A DNA stretch of 64,000 nt from Guillardia theta CCMP2712. Taxonomy: Eukaryota > Protista > Cryptophyta. Position 1 is the first letter of the stretch. Each line of letters begins with the position of its first letter. Location of the stretch: NCBI RefSeq assembly GCF_000315625.1, contig NW_005434653.1, forward strand, positions 157,939 through 221,938, in the 5' to 3' direction. Made by a program: the position numbers and the translations under genes. This document shows positions 1 to 11,011 of this stretch, piece after piece. The notes beneath the pieces were generated by a model that was given only the letters and a program-made list of their open reading frames with translations, was not told where the DNA came from and searched no databases.

Positions 1-541
1 GCCTGAACTGCGCATGTGACCGCACCTGAGCCTCGTTCCTCAGGGCCTCGTCCCCACAGCCTCCGACTCGCCGACGCAATCTTCTGCGCCGTACGGTCCC
101 TCGCCCCAGCCCGACCCGCAGCCTTCCAAGTTCCCGGATGCGTCCATGCCGGACCAGCCATTATCCCGAGCCCAGGACGTGCTGATGGAGGGCCTGGAGG
201 ATGCGGGGCCGGCGGGTTGTGCTCGCCGCGAGTCGGGAGCCCACATTCTGCGCGCCGCGGCACTGGAGTCACGATCATCGGATAGCAGGCAGTCTGAATA
301 AGAAATATTCTGTCAGCGTGAGGGACAAGCAGGCAAGGGAGCCGCTCCGCGGGGGGGGCCGGGGGGGGCTGTTAGGACTCGCGCCATGCCGAGCCTCCGG
401 GAGAAGGGAGGGTGTAGCAACTTTCGCTCCTTTCTCCTGTTGCCATGTTGGGTTTGTCACAGCCTGTGAGGATGAACATCATGGCATCGTAACTGGAAGA
501 GAGCAGCAACAGCCTGGTCCGACTGGCAACAGACAGCACAT
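1..541 (-). pseudogene. Disrupted tandem copy of a SHAQKYF-class MYB gene, cut by the window start
   Basis: Positions 11-250 align nearly base-for-base to 1196-1385 but carry at least 6 short insertions that break the frame. Fragments DQAVAALF, MWAPD, NGWSGM and RNEAQVRSHAQ lie in different frames. Confidence 0.85.
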
Positions 542-1156
542 GAAGAGAGGCATAGTGAGAGTTTCAAGATGCGACAATGGGGAACGAGTTTGTCGGAGAA
601 CTGGGCCCTGGGGCTGATTTCTACTCTCCGATACCTCACCTTTTCAATGGGAAATCATCGGTTTTGACTGGCATCCAACATCGTTTCGGTGGGGGGACAG
701 GATATGCTTCACGACTGCTGACATCTTGTCGGCGAGGCGGGCTTAACAGGACTTCGTAATAAAGACGAGACCAGGCATAATAAAGAACGAGTCATGAAAG
801 AAGTGGGTAATGACTCTACTGTCAGTGTTGTGCAATGTTGACATCGGTTGCGACTTTCATCACCACGAAGCTGTGCATGACTGAAAGACTTGCACAGCTT
901 CAGCATGGGGATTGTAGTGAGATCCTTCAGAGTGTATAATAGGATAAGGAATTTCGTACCGAAAGGGAGAAGTAAAGGGAAGGAAGGCACGCGGATGAAA
1001 GCAATTGTGTTGTGCAAAAGTGGTTTCTTCCTGGCAAGTCTTTTTTTTCATCTTTGATTATTCTTAATGGAATGATTGAAACGTCTACACGAGAATCTAT
1101 GCTCGTATCTTCACAAACTGCATGCAGCTGATAACTTCTGGCATCCTTGTGAGATT

Positions 1157-1597
1157 TTAACCTCCTCGCCTCCAGACCTTCTGGAAATACTTCTGCGCAT
1201 GTGACCGCACCTGAGCCTCGTTCCTCGTCCCCACAGCCTCCGCAATCTTCTGCGCCGTCCCTCGCCCCAGCCCGACCCGCAGCCTTCCCGCCGCATCCTC
1301 CATGCCGGACCAGCCGTTATCCAGGACGTGCTGATGGAGGGCCTGGAGGAAGCGGGTGTGCTCGTCGGGAGCCCACATTCTGCGAGCGATGTGATCCTGG
1401 AGAGGTGAAGGCGACGACGGCAAGGAGAGACAAGGGGATAACGGGGAGGAGACTGAAGAGCTGTCATGCGTGTTGTCTTCGCCGCCTGCCCTCTCTTCGC
1501 TGGAAGAGCAGGGCAGATTGTAACAAGGATGAACATCGAGAGGGAATAGAGCAGCAACAGCCTGATCCACAGAAAGGGAGGAGGACGCAAACGACAT
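1157..1597 (-). CDS. Single-repeat MYB-like transcription factor, SHAQKYF class
   Basis: Intronless ORF from ATG 1597: WAPDEHTRFLQAL...IAEAVGTRNEAQVRSHAQKYF, stop at 1157. Confidence 0.9.
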   Translation of the reverse strand: MSFASSSLSVDQAVAALFPLDVHPCYNLPCSSSEERAGGEDNTHDSSSVSSPLSPCLSLPSSPSPLQDHIARRMWAPDEHTRFLQALHQHVLDNGWSGMEDAAGRLRVGLGRGTAQKIAEAVGTRNEAQVRSHAQKYFQKVWRRGG

Positions 1598-1980
1598 GGT
1601 GGAGAGAATTGCGAGGGCGATCGAATGGAATGAGAAGCAAAGAGACCCTGCGAGGAGCAGTGGAACAAGCGACGGGACTGGGAGCAAATGCTTTAAAAAG
1701 AGGGGCAGGGGGGAGAATCTGCCCCCTGAGAACTCGTTATTTCGATGGGAGACGAGTGGGCTGACAGTGTACGGTTCACGGTTGGCACCCGAGTACGGTC
1801 AACCCACATCGCTTGGACGGGGGAAGGATACAGTTAAAGACTGTTTACGTGACTTGGCTGACACTGAGAGCTTGAGCAGCTTAAAGTGTATCGGCGTCGG
1901 CGTGAGCGTCACCGCCGGTGAGTAGTAGGATTATACTAACTGTACTGATTTTTAACTTTACTAAGACAACTATGTACTAC

Positions 1981-2160
1981 ACCGGGCTGTTCCGCCGCCG
2001 GGCCGGGCGGCCGGCTACGCCGCAGTGAGCCGGGCCGCGCCAGCTCACTGAGCGCCCGGCCCCGCCCACTCAAGGTTGCCGGCCGCCGGGTGCGGTGGGC
2101 CCGGGGCGAGTCAATCCGGCCCGGTCGTCACTGCGGCCCGGCCCGGGAGGCCTTGAGCTG
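1981..2160. repeat. GC-rich palindrome-dense intergenic patch
   Basis: Dense ccgg, gggccc and ggccgg words, plus the ctcactgag hairpin word. No credible coding signal. Confidence 0.7.
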
Positions 2161-2212
2161 ACGAAAGATCCTGGACCGGATGCGTTTGCAAGTCGGATCA
2201 CCTGAGACGTCT

Positions 2213-3570
2213 TCAGTGCGAGGCCGAGAGACCATCCAGCGCTGCCGGCAAGTTTCCTTCAAGGCTTGTTCGCCGAGCGATCCGCCAGCCACCACTGCTC
2301 CCCTCCTTCGAGTCTCCCCCCAATCCCATCACGTCCACCACGCTCTCGTACAGCAAGTCGTACTTGAAGGCTTCCTGGTACTCCTCGAGCGTCCACGAGC
2401 ATACTTTCAGTTCTTTGGCCTTTTCCTCAAGATCTTCCCCAAAATGCTTCATTCTTCGAGAGCTCATCGATGTTGTGATAACAAGTCGCCGATTCTCCCA
2501 GTCACCATGGCGCCATAGCAGACATACACTGTACAAGTCTTCATGTACTTGTGTCCCCTCCACAAACCCATCCAAGGACAGAAAATACTTATGACTCTCC
2601 CCCGCCCATGCTTCAAGAACATTCTCAAGAAAGACGGCTGCCTTTTTAGCATTTGCCTCACACTTTTTCTGTACATCGCCATCAACCTGGTAGATACTGA
2701 CAATCCCCGATTTCCGGATCCGTACGCACATCGTCCGCCATCCTGCCTCCGTGCTCAGTGATTGCATGAAGGACATGGTCGTCATCGTCTTTCCCGTCCC
2801 CGGAGTGCCTAGGATCCATCCCAAACATCCTTCCTTGCACACTTGTTCCTCGAGGAAGCCCCACTGCAAATTGAAGTCTTCCCTGCAGTAGAGCCAACAT
2901 AGCTCTGCTTGCCCAGAGCTGTTTGGTATCAGCAACGACCGATCCAGACAGAATAGTTTGCCCCCCTCCTTATGGCCCAGTCGCCTTCGATCCAATTTTG
3001 TCTCTGTCCAGCGTACGCTTGTCTCCACAGTCCTTTCACGGCCTTCACGCATCTTGTGCGCATTCTGCAATTCCCTGAGGAGTTGTTCCAAACGACGATT
3101 CTCTGCTGCTTGAAGGCTTTGCCACTGTTCGTGCAGGTTCTCCCTCTCCTTGTGCAGGTTCTCCCTCTCCTTGTGCAGGTTCTCCCTCTCCTTGTGCAGG
3201 TTCTCCTGCTTGTTGTGCAGGTTCTCCCTCTCCTTGTGCAGGTTCTCCTGCTTCTTTCCGAGTTTTTCTTTATCTGCTAGTATTTGGTTTTTTCTCTCCT
3301 CCAGATTCATCTGTATGGCCCTCCAGTACTCTCTGTTAGCCCCTTCCTCAACAAGCTTCAGCGCGGCCTCAGCCTTCCTCTGCATAAGTTCCTTAAGCTC
3401 TGTTTGAAGGTTCTCCTCCTGCGTCTCCAGGTTTTCCTCCTGCGTCTGAAGGTTCTCCTCCTGCGTCTGAAGGTTCTCCTCCTGCGTCTGAAGGTTTTCC
3501 TCCTGCGTCTGAACGGTAGGTTTTCCTTCTGCGTCTCAAGGTTTTCTTCATGTCGTCTTCGCTTCGCCAT
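2213..3570 (-). pseudogene. Crinkler (CRN)-like coiled-coil + P-loop NTPase gene, frameshifted and 3'-degraded
   Basis: ATG 3570 gives MAKRRRHEENL. A 5-nt insertion at 3513-3517 shifts the frame inside the 21-nt repeats. The main ORF has LYCREDFNLQWGFLEEQV-GWILGTPGTGKT (Walker A), FLSLDG (Walker B-like), RLVITTS and SWTLEEY, which resemble CRN-type NTPase modules. The 3' end decays near 2300. Confidence 0.7.
3130..3550 (-). repeat. Two coding 21-bp (heptad) tandem arrays, ENLHKER and ENLQTQE
   Basis: Units ttgtgcaggttctccctctcc (about 6 copies, 3130-3250) and ctgcgtctgaaggttctcctc (about 6 copies, 3405-3550). Confidence 0.9.
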
Positions 3571-3579
3571 AGCAGTTTG

Positions 3580-3875
3580 TCGCTGGCCGGGGCCACCTAC
3601 TGGACCCGGCGCCGGGACTCAGGGACTGAGTCATCATGGCAGCAGGTCCGGGCCCGGAGCCGGGCGACCCCCGGCCCCGCCGGGGCGTGACCTGGTGGAC
3701 TCCGTGTGAGTGTGCCACTCGGGCCCTCAGCCGAGCTTTACTCAGGAGCGCTGAGGGCCGGCCAGCGGGGAAACCCTGACATCCGGGCCCCGGCCATCCA
3801 CCATGATGGCCGGGCACTGGGGCCTCATTGCCAGTGACCGGCATCGGCCGCCACTCAGCCTGGCAGTGACTGCTT
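3580..3875. repeat. GC-rich palindrome-dense patch upstream of the CRN-like gene
   Basis: Clustered ccgggcccgg, gggccc and actcag/ctgagt words. Confidence 0.7.
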
Positions 3876-3964
3876 GAAGTCTTCAATGACTTTTACTCAA
3901 CTTGGCAAAGTGAGAACAATTCCATTAGCTCGCTTGGTTTCCGCTTCATGCTGTCGGGTGGGTG

Positions 3965-6900
3965 ATGCGACTCATCGTCATCGCCACCTTGGCGATGGCG
4001 ATCGCGACGCCAAGGGAGCATGGAAACATGCTAAGTTCCTCCCTTCTCCCTCCCTCCTCCCTCTCTTCTCCCTCCTCCTCCTCCTCCTCCTCCTCCTTCT
4101 CCTCCTCCTCCTCTCTTCCTCAGTTCATGGCATCTCGCTCCAGACTTATGCCACCTGGAAGGGCGCTTCTGCATGTTCTGAGGGGAGGACGTGGCGGAGA
4201 TGGCAGGAGTCCTGCTAAGGCGATTCGATGGGATGATGAGGGGATGCTCGAGTTCGATAGGCAACTCAAGGACTGCGGGGCGGATGAGGTGGAGATAACG
4301 GAACCAGACACGCCATATCCTGGGTCAGACCTCTCTCACTCGTTATCTTTGCCCTCCATCTTCCATGTCTCTGCTCTGTCTCTCCTGCTCTCTCCTCTCC
4401 CAGACCCTGACGGCCATTCACGACGTGCAGGTCTCCGCGTTCTTCAAGTGATGTCGGATGTGACGAGCATGACTTGCTCTATGTCCCCAACATGACCTTT
4501 GTGACGGGTATGTGAAGTAACATCCTTGTGCTGGCACTCTGACCTCCTCTTCCTCTTCCTCTTCCTCTTCCTCTTCCTCTTCCTCTTCCTCTTCCTCTTC
4601 CTCTTCCTCTTCCTCTTCCTCTTCCTCTTCCTCTTCCTCTTCCTCTTCCTCTTCCTCTTCTGTGTACTTTCTCTCCCAATTTCCTTCCCTCCCTCCTCCT
4701 TCCCTCTATCCTTTCGTCCTTCGTGCTCTCCTTCTATTGTACCTCCCAACACCTGCACCCCTCCTATCTCTTTGTTTGTCCCTTCTCGTACTTCCCTTTC
4801 CCTCTACCATCAGTTGAGAATGGAGGGAATTCGAATCAATCGAAATCACCAAAACTCATCAAACGGAAACAAAAACCAAAGTGAATGCGCACTTCTGACA
4901 AGATTCCGTCGGTAATGTTTGCAATGACGCGCAGAGACGAATCGAGTTCATCGCATGTTGTGAACAAGTGGAACAGTGATATCCATAAAATGATATCGCA
5001 GATCTGCATCGATCCAGAGCAGGTAGGGGAGGAGGAGGAAAAGGCAGCGGAGGAGTTGAAGGCGGAAGGGGAGGTAGAGGGGGAGGGGGAGGAGAGGAAG
5101 GGGAGGAGAAGAAGGAGAGGGAGAGGAGGAGGGAAAAGGAGCACAAGAAGCATCTGAGTGAGCTCAAACAGTCCCAACGTCATGAGAATCTGGTGGACAC
5201 TTTGCAGAAGTTGGCAAAGAAGTCGTTCGGGAAAGGTTGCCGACAGCAGCTAGTGAGCTGGGCTGAGAGTTTTACAGCTGCAAGGATGAAGATGTTTGGT
5301 TCCGCCGCTGCTGGTGCTGAGGGTGGAGGTTGAGAGCTGGGCAAGAGCTGATGCTGGTGCTGGGCAGGATTGTGTACGGTGGAGAGCGATCTCGATGTTT
5401 GCCTGTCTCTGGGGAGCAGGTGGGAGATGAAGATTAGCGACAAGAAGAGGTAAGGGGTTGAAAGAGCCGCAAGTGCGAAGGTTGTAAGAGCGTGACGTGT
5501 TTGATCAGCACAGAGAAAGGGGAGGATCTGCACAAGGATGTCTGGCGCCAAGAAAAGATCGACATGTAACGGGGATCTGATGGAGACGATGCTGTTTCAT
5601 GTTCATTCGAACCGCAGTCTGCGCGTCTTCGAGCGAAAGATAAGGAGATTCCTGAACTTCAAGACGACTTGTATCTTTGGAGCACGATTCCCCATCGTCA
5701 CTGTCAGAGATGGTGCAAGGAAGCGACTGGTTCTAATCAAGGGTTATGACTTGGAATGTTTCAGATGAGGGCACGTGCGTCGACATCAGCGTGCAATCTC
5801 GACAAAACTTTGGAAGGTTTGACCTGAATGCTTTCTTGTTTCCATCATGTTTGCATTGCCACTGAGACAACCTTCAACAAGGTTGGTCGCCAGACTGTTG
5901 AAACTGTACACAAGAGATGAGAAAGTCAGGAAGATTGTACGAATTAATCTCTTGGCGCCTCCAGCTTGTCACAGCATGGCAGATGTTGTTTGTGAAAGTA
6001 TGGAGCAAGCGGAGATCCATCAACCAGGCTCAAGACAACCCTAGCATGCCATGGCAAAGAGTGATTTTCCGCCAGGCCTTTGAGGGGACTCTAAACTCTT
6101 TCTCCTTGTCGCTCCTTCTCATCTATCATCTAATGAGGATGAAGGTGAGACGGAACTCTTATCTCCCGCGTCTGCTGACTTGTCTTCTTCTCACTAGATG
6201 GTTCCTGATGTCTTCGCAAGAGAAGGAGGTCAGACTTGTCTCAACTACAGTCAGAGTCGCCGCTGAGATGCTCACAGACGACGAGCCTCCACTTGCTGTG
6301 TTGAGATGCGCCGATGGGGTGAGTTGCTGGGGCGCCAGTGGTAGTAGACTAAGAGCTGACCTGACAGATTTTCCGGCCTGTCTGGTTTCAAACGGACGAG
6401 GCGAAACTTGCTAAGGTGCGCGATAGGGGATAAGGAAATCATATGTGATTCATTGCATCGTTTCTACTCCCATCACCGTCCTGATTTATCGCTGCGAGCC
6501 CTGATCACTGCTCTCGTCTGAAGGACCGAGATCCCTTCAAATCTCCTCCTTTCTGTCTGTTTGCATCCTCCCATGATATATCCTCTTCCATTCCTTGCTT
6601 TCTGTAACCTTCCCTCTTGATGAACCTTCAATCATTTGTTTATTTTCTCCTTCTAATTGGTCTTTCCTCATACTCTCTGTGACATGGCAGGATACTCTGC
6701 GACAAAACTTCGACATCGCGGAGATTCTTTGCAAATTCTTCAGATACTTTGCGCTTGTGAGTAGAAAAAGATTTCAAGGAATTCTCAGGTGAAACTTCTG
6801 AGCAGGAGCATGATTGGAGCAAGAGAATCTCAATAAGAGAAGATGTTGTACAGCCAGACAACGAAGTTAGCAAAGATTATGTGAGAGTCCTATCTCATTC

Positions 6901-7486
6901 CCCTTCTGTCCTGTCCTGTCCTGTCCTGTCCTGTCCTGTCCTGTCCTGTCCTGTCCTGTCCTGTCCTGCTGTCTTTCTGTCCTCTGTCCTCTATCCCCTC
7001 GCTCGCTCACTCGTTACCCTCACTCTCCACAGGTGTTGTGGGTTGCGGATCCTCTTGACATTTCAAACAATGCGGCTCGTTGTGTCGACGAGGAAGGTCC
7101 GTTAGTGGAGAAGAGGAAGAGGAGAGAAGAGGGGGAAGACGAGGAGAGGGGGAGGGAGGAGAGGGAGAGGAGGGGAGGAGGGGATGTATGGAGAACGGGA
7201 GTTGGATGAAGTCTGAGGTTGTAGGACAGGTCTTGAAAGAATCCGCTCGGAATTCAAGAGGGCATCCGCAATTTTTGAGAAGTAAGCATGAGGAGGAGGA
7301 GGAGTGGCAATCGTTGACAATTGACTGCAGGAGAGAAGGCCTAGAAGAGATCTGGAAGGTACGTGGAGAGGAGGGAGGTATGGAGCGCTGAACGCTGTGC
7401 AGCCACTTGGGAATAAGGAAAGGAAGAGACTGGCGAGGCGACTGGAAGAGAAGAGGAGGACGAGGAAGAAGAGGAGGAGGTCTTGA
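3965..7486 (+). CDS. Cid1/Trf4-family non-canonical poly(A)/poly(U) polymerase with N-terminal signal peptide, LRGG and inhibitor-2-like motif (multi-exon)
   Basis: Spliced motifs: MFGSAAAG|LCTVESDLDV (GS-x10-DxD), ARFPIV, CVDISV, VKVWSKRRSINQA|FEGTLNSFSLSLLLIYHL, EILCKFFRYFA, LWVADPLDISNNAARCV (PAP-associated) and RIRSEFKRA. Stop at 7484-7486. The link between exon 1 and the catalytic exons is inferred. Confidence 0.8.
4545..4660 (+). repeat. (CTCTTC)n intronic microsatellite
   Basis: About 19 perfect hexamer units. Confidence 0.95.
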
Positions 7487-7497
7487 AAGCAAGCGTA

Positions 7498-10400
7498 TCA
7501 AAATGTCTTCCATAAGTCTGGAACGTCTTGCATGTCCGTCTTGCCGCCCATCAACATCTTGACCACGCCTCCTCTGTGTGAAAACGATCACGAGGAAGGG
7601 AAAGGAAGGGAAGAAAAGGGAGGAGGATGAGTGGGAGTGGGATGGGGGGAGGAGGAACAGAAAGAAAGGAGGGGGAGGGGGAACAGAAAGAAAGGAGGGG
7701 GAGGGGAGGGACAGGGGAACGGGGTGAATGAGACAAGGAGGTTACCTTTCCTTCCCGAACTTTTGCTTCATCTCCTCGTTGACTCTGCGAGCATTTCGAT
7801 TCTGTTCTCTCTTGCTCCACAAGATTTTAGCCTGCTCGCAATCAGAAGACAATGGAGAGACGTTCTCCACAACCTCTCGCAGCAACGACTTCATCTCCTC
7901 CGTCTCCTCCAGGTTGCGGCTCTTTGCTTGCTGTTGGATCATAAAGACTCTGTCGAGATCTTCGTCGCTTCCTCCTTCTCCCCCAGGATCGTCTCCTTTC
8001 TCCCACGCCTCCCTCATCGCCACGAGCATCCATGCGCTGAAAACGTCGGGGTCTGCTCTGAGATTGAAATCAAAGTGAATTGTTCAACACTCGAGGTCCT
8101 CCTGCACCACCACCACCTCCTCCTCCTCCTTCACTGTTATCGCCTCTTCCTCCTCTTCCCTTCCCCGCCCTGCCCCACCCTCCTCATCTTCTTGGACTAC
8201 ATCAATTACAGTAACAGTTCTTACTTCACATCGCTGAAGGCACCGAAGTTATCAATGAGATGCTCTGCTTGCACAGACACGTTCTGCCTCGTGGCCGATG
8301 CCAATTTCAGGGATCCTATGTTCTCTGCCATGCATCGGAGCAGGAGGACAAGACATTTTGAGTTGGGTCGAAGGGAGGACAGCCACTTGTGTCTAGGGGA
8401 GGAGGAAGGGATGGAGAGACGGGGAGAGATAGGCAGCACGACAGATATAGTGCGGGGGGTGGGCGGGGAGAGGAGGGGCAGAGGAAGGGGGAAGGAGCAA
8501 GAGCAGGAGAGCAAGAGAGCAGAAGAGGGAAAGAGAGCATGAGTCAAGGTGGATTGAAGGAGTCAGGAAAGTGAGAGAGAAGAGACGGGAGGAGGAGGAG
8601 TACCAGGAGTCGAGAAGAAAGGATCGAGAAGAGGAAAAGAAACGACCAGAGGCAGAGTCAGCGAGGCAGAGCACACCATGGCAGACTTACGAGGTGAGAA
8701 AGTTCTGTGACGAGGCCTGCAAAGAAGGATGAGAAGCAACTCTATAGAAGGGAGGCAGGCAGGCAGGCAGGCAGAGCGGAGCAGGAAGGAGGGGAGGAGA
8801 ATATGTTGTCTAGTTGTTTTCACCTTCCCGATGGTGCTAGTCGTGTAGACCCTTGAGGAGAACATGGTCAGGCAGCGAAGTTGCGGACAGCAAAGAAGAA
8901 GGAAGGAGAACAGCCGACTACGAGCCATGGTCTCGATCAAAAGCATTACCATCGAAGAAGACAAGAGATGCGATCAACTCAAGAAAGACATCTCATGTTT
9001 GGACAGGCAGGCAGGAAGAAAGGCAAGCTGACTGACATATGGATTGACTGACAGATTGACTGACAGATTGATAGAATAAGAGATTGAAAGTTTGACAGAC
9101 TGACAGAACAGCAGACAGCATGACTGAAACAACACGAAAACAATCATACGATCCAAGAAGCGAGGACAAACATCTCAATCTCCTCAACATCTTCACTCAC
9201 GAATTCTCCATCCTAAACTGCCATGAGTCAACCATGGCCAGGAGGCGCTCGACGTCCCACAAGATCAAGCCGGTTGTCTTGCTAGCTGCCACCATCAAAC
9301 ACTCTCAGAGACAGAGCAGAGCAGCAACCGGCTGCTCTACCAGCGAACGCCGAGAGGCAGATCGCTTCCAAGGTCCCCACGTCCGCCTTAACTTTGTGCT
9401 TAGGAAATTCGTGCACATACCTGGAGGCAAGTCAGCACTCCTCCTCCTCCTCCTCCTCCTCCTCTCCCGAGCAAGCACGGACTTTTCTACGATGGCCGAG
9501 TCCTCTTTGCAATGCCAGAGCGCCTGCGCAGCCGCACCCAACATCAGGGCCGCCTGTCTGTGGGAACAAGGAGAAGGGTTTTCATACGTGGGCTGCTATC
9601 TCCAGCACCAGGTTCAACGACGTCGTCTGCAAGACGTTCAGAGCAGCTATAACAGGGCCTGAGTGCTGGCTACTGACATCCAGCTCTATCGCTGGCCTGC
9701 CTGCTCCAACGGGGGCTGGGGAGGGCGGGTCAGGCTGTGGTTCTTAGGAGGACTCGATGGAGGGGGGAGCAAGGTGCAGAAACAAGGCACGAACAACTCA
9801 CGTGACCATTCCTTGTACGGTATCCTTCCTATCATCGCTTCTGCCTGTGTCAACGCTCACTCTATTTGAATGAATACAATATCACATGGCATTTGTTCTT
9901 GAGCTAACACAAACAACACAAGGATCAAACACATCACAATCATCGGACACAAGTTGTCATTCCTGTCTGTAGGGAGCATCTGCGTTGATAACATGATCCT
10001 TGGTCATCGTAAAATACTCGAGAGTCCGATCCATCTCACTGCATCCGCACATTCCCTGCAACCATTCAAGTCAAACAAGCGGAACGTGCACATCGCCAGC
10101 ACGGCAAACAGAACTTGACACGTACAGCCGTCACAGCAAGTTCTCCTTCTCAGCTACCAACCTGGACAGCACTTGCTCGCATCACACGCAAAAAGCAGTT
10201 GACGGTAGTGACGTCCGGCCAACATCCGAGCTAGCAGCACTTGTTAGGAGCTCCAGCAACCTCGCACCATCCTCACCCTCTCCATGGTGTATATAACGCG
10301 TAGAGCTTTCTTCTGGCAGTCGTCATCTCCTCTCCTGCCGACATCCTCAGCTGCAGGAAACAGCCTCAGGCCCGCACCATGCCACGAGCTCAGCTGCGTT

Positions 10401-11011
10401 CACGAGACAGTTGTAGGCTTTGCGACCGGGCGGCGAACCTTGAGTATAAGGGTGAGGAAGAGGGATGAAGATCAGGTTGAGGAGGAGGGAAGAGGAGGGC
10501 GGAGCTTGTTACACACCCGTCTTCTGTATGCATTGATCGAAGACATCGATGAACTTAAGTTGAGCATAATCGAACGTCTTGTTCTCGTCATCGATCATGT
10601 CCTGCAGGACTTGCTCCATCTCCTCCACCCCTGCCAACAACTTAAAGTCAACCTCCATCCTTCGGACGTCTCATGCGCGCGATACCAACATCTGATGCGA
10701 TCGCTTGCTCTGCAAAGGCATGAGCACTGGCACTCGGCGCTAAGATCGGCTCTATGGTTGCTCGTTTTTCTGCCAAGACCAGCTCAATACCGATGAGTGA
10801 AGAGGATGCGAGTACCGAGGAAGCTGATCTGCGATCCTGCTTCCTGGAAGAACTGTTTCCTGCTTTCCTGGAGCGCTATATCCCATGGCTTCATCTCTTC
10901 CTGCTCCATCATGGCAGATCGAGTAGAGGGTGCGAGACTGTTCTGCGGCAAGCGCGAGGGACTGGCAGCATGGAGCACCAGCGCAAAGACACATATCGTC
11001 GCTGCCTTCAT
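7498..11011 (-). CDS. Multi-exon alpha-helical (possibly PPR-like) protein with signal peptide; function unknown
   Basis: ATG 11011 gives MKAATICVFALVLHAASP. Exons include GVEEMEQVLQDMIDDE, RPNSKCLVLLLRCM and DPDVFSAWMLVAM. The last exon GGVVKMLMGG...LWKTF ends at stop 7498. The PPR label is weak. Confidence 0.55.

Noticed and set aside
3511-3520. 5-nt insertion as a Tc1/mariner excision footprint (CGG+TA)
   Set aside because: The inferred pre-insertion sites here (gaaggtt) and at 93-97 (ccgtccc) have no TA target.
3130-3550. 21-bp repeats as a CRISPR-like array
   Set aside because: They are head-to-tail with no spacers and encode coiled-coil heptads in a eukaryotic gene.
4444-4915. Poly-KR, poly-RG and poly-FL ORFs, and similar poly-D/M/H/PA/CS ORFs elsewhere
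   Set aside because: They are translation artefacts of intronic microsatellites.
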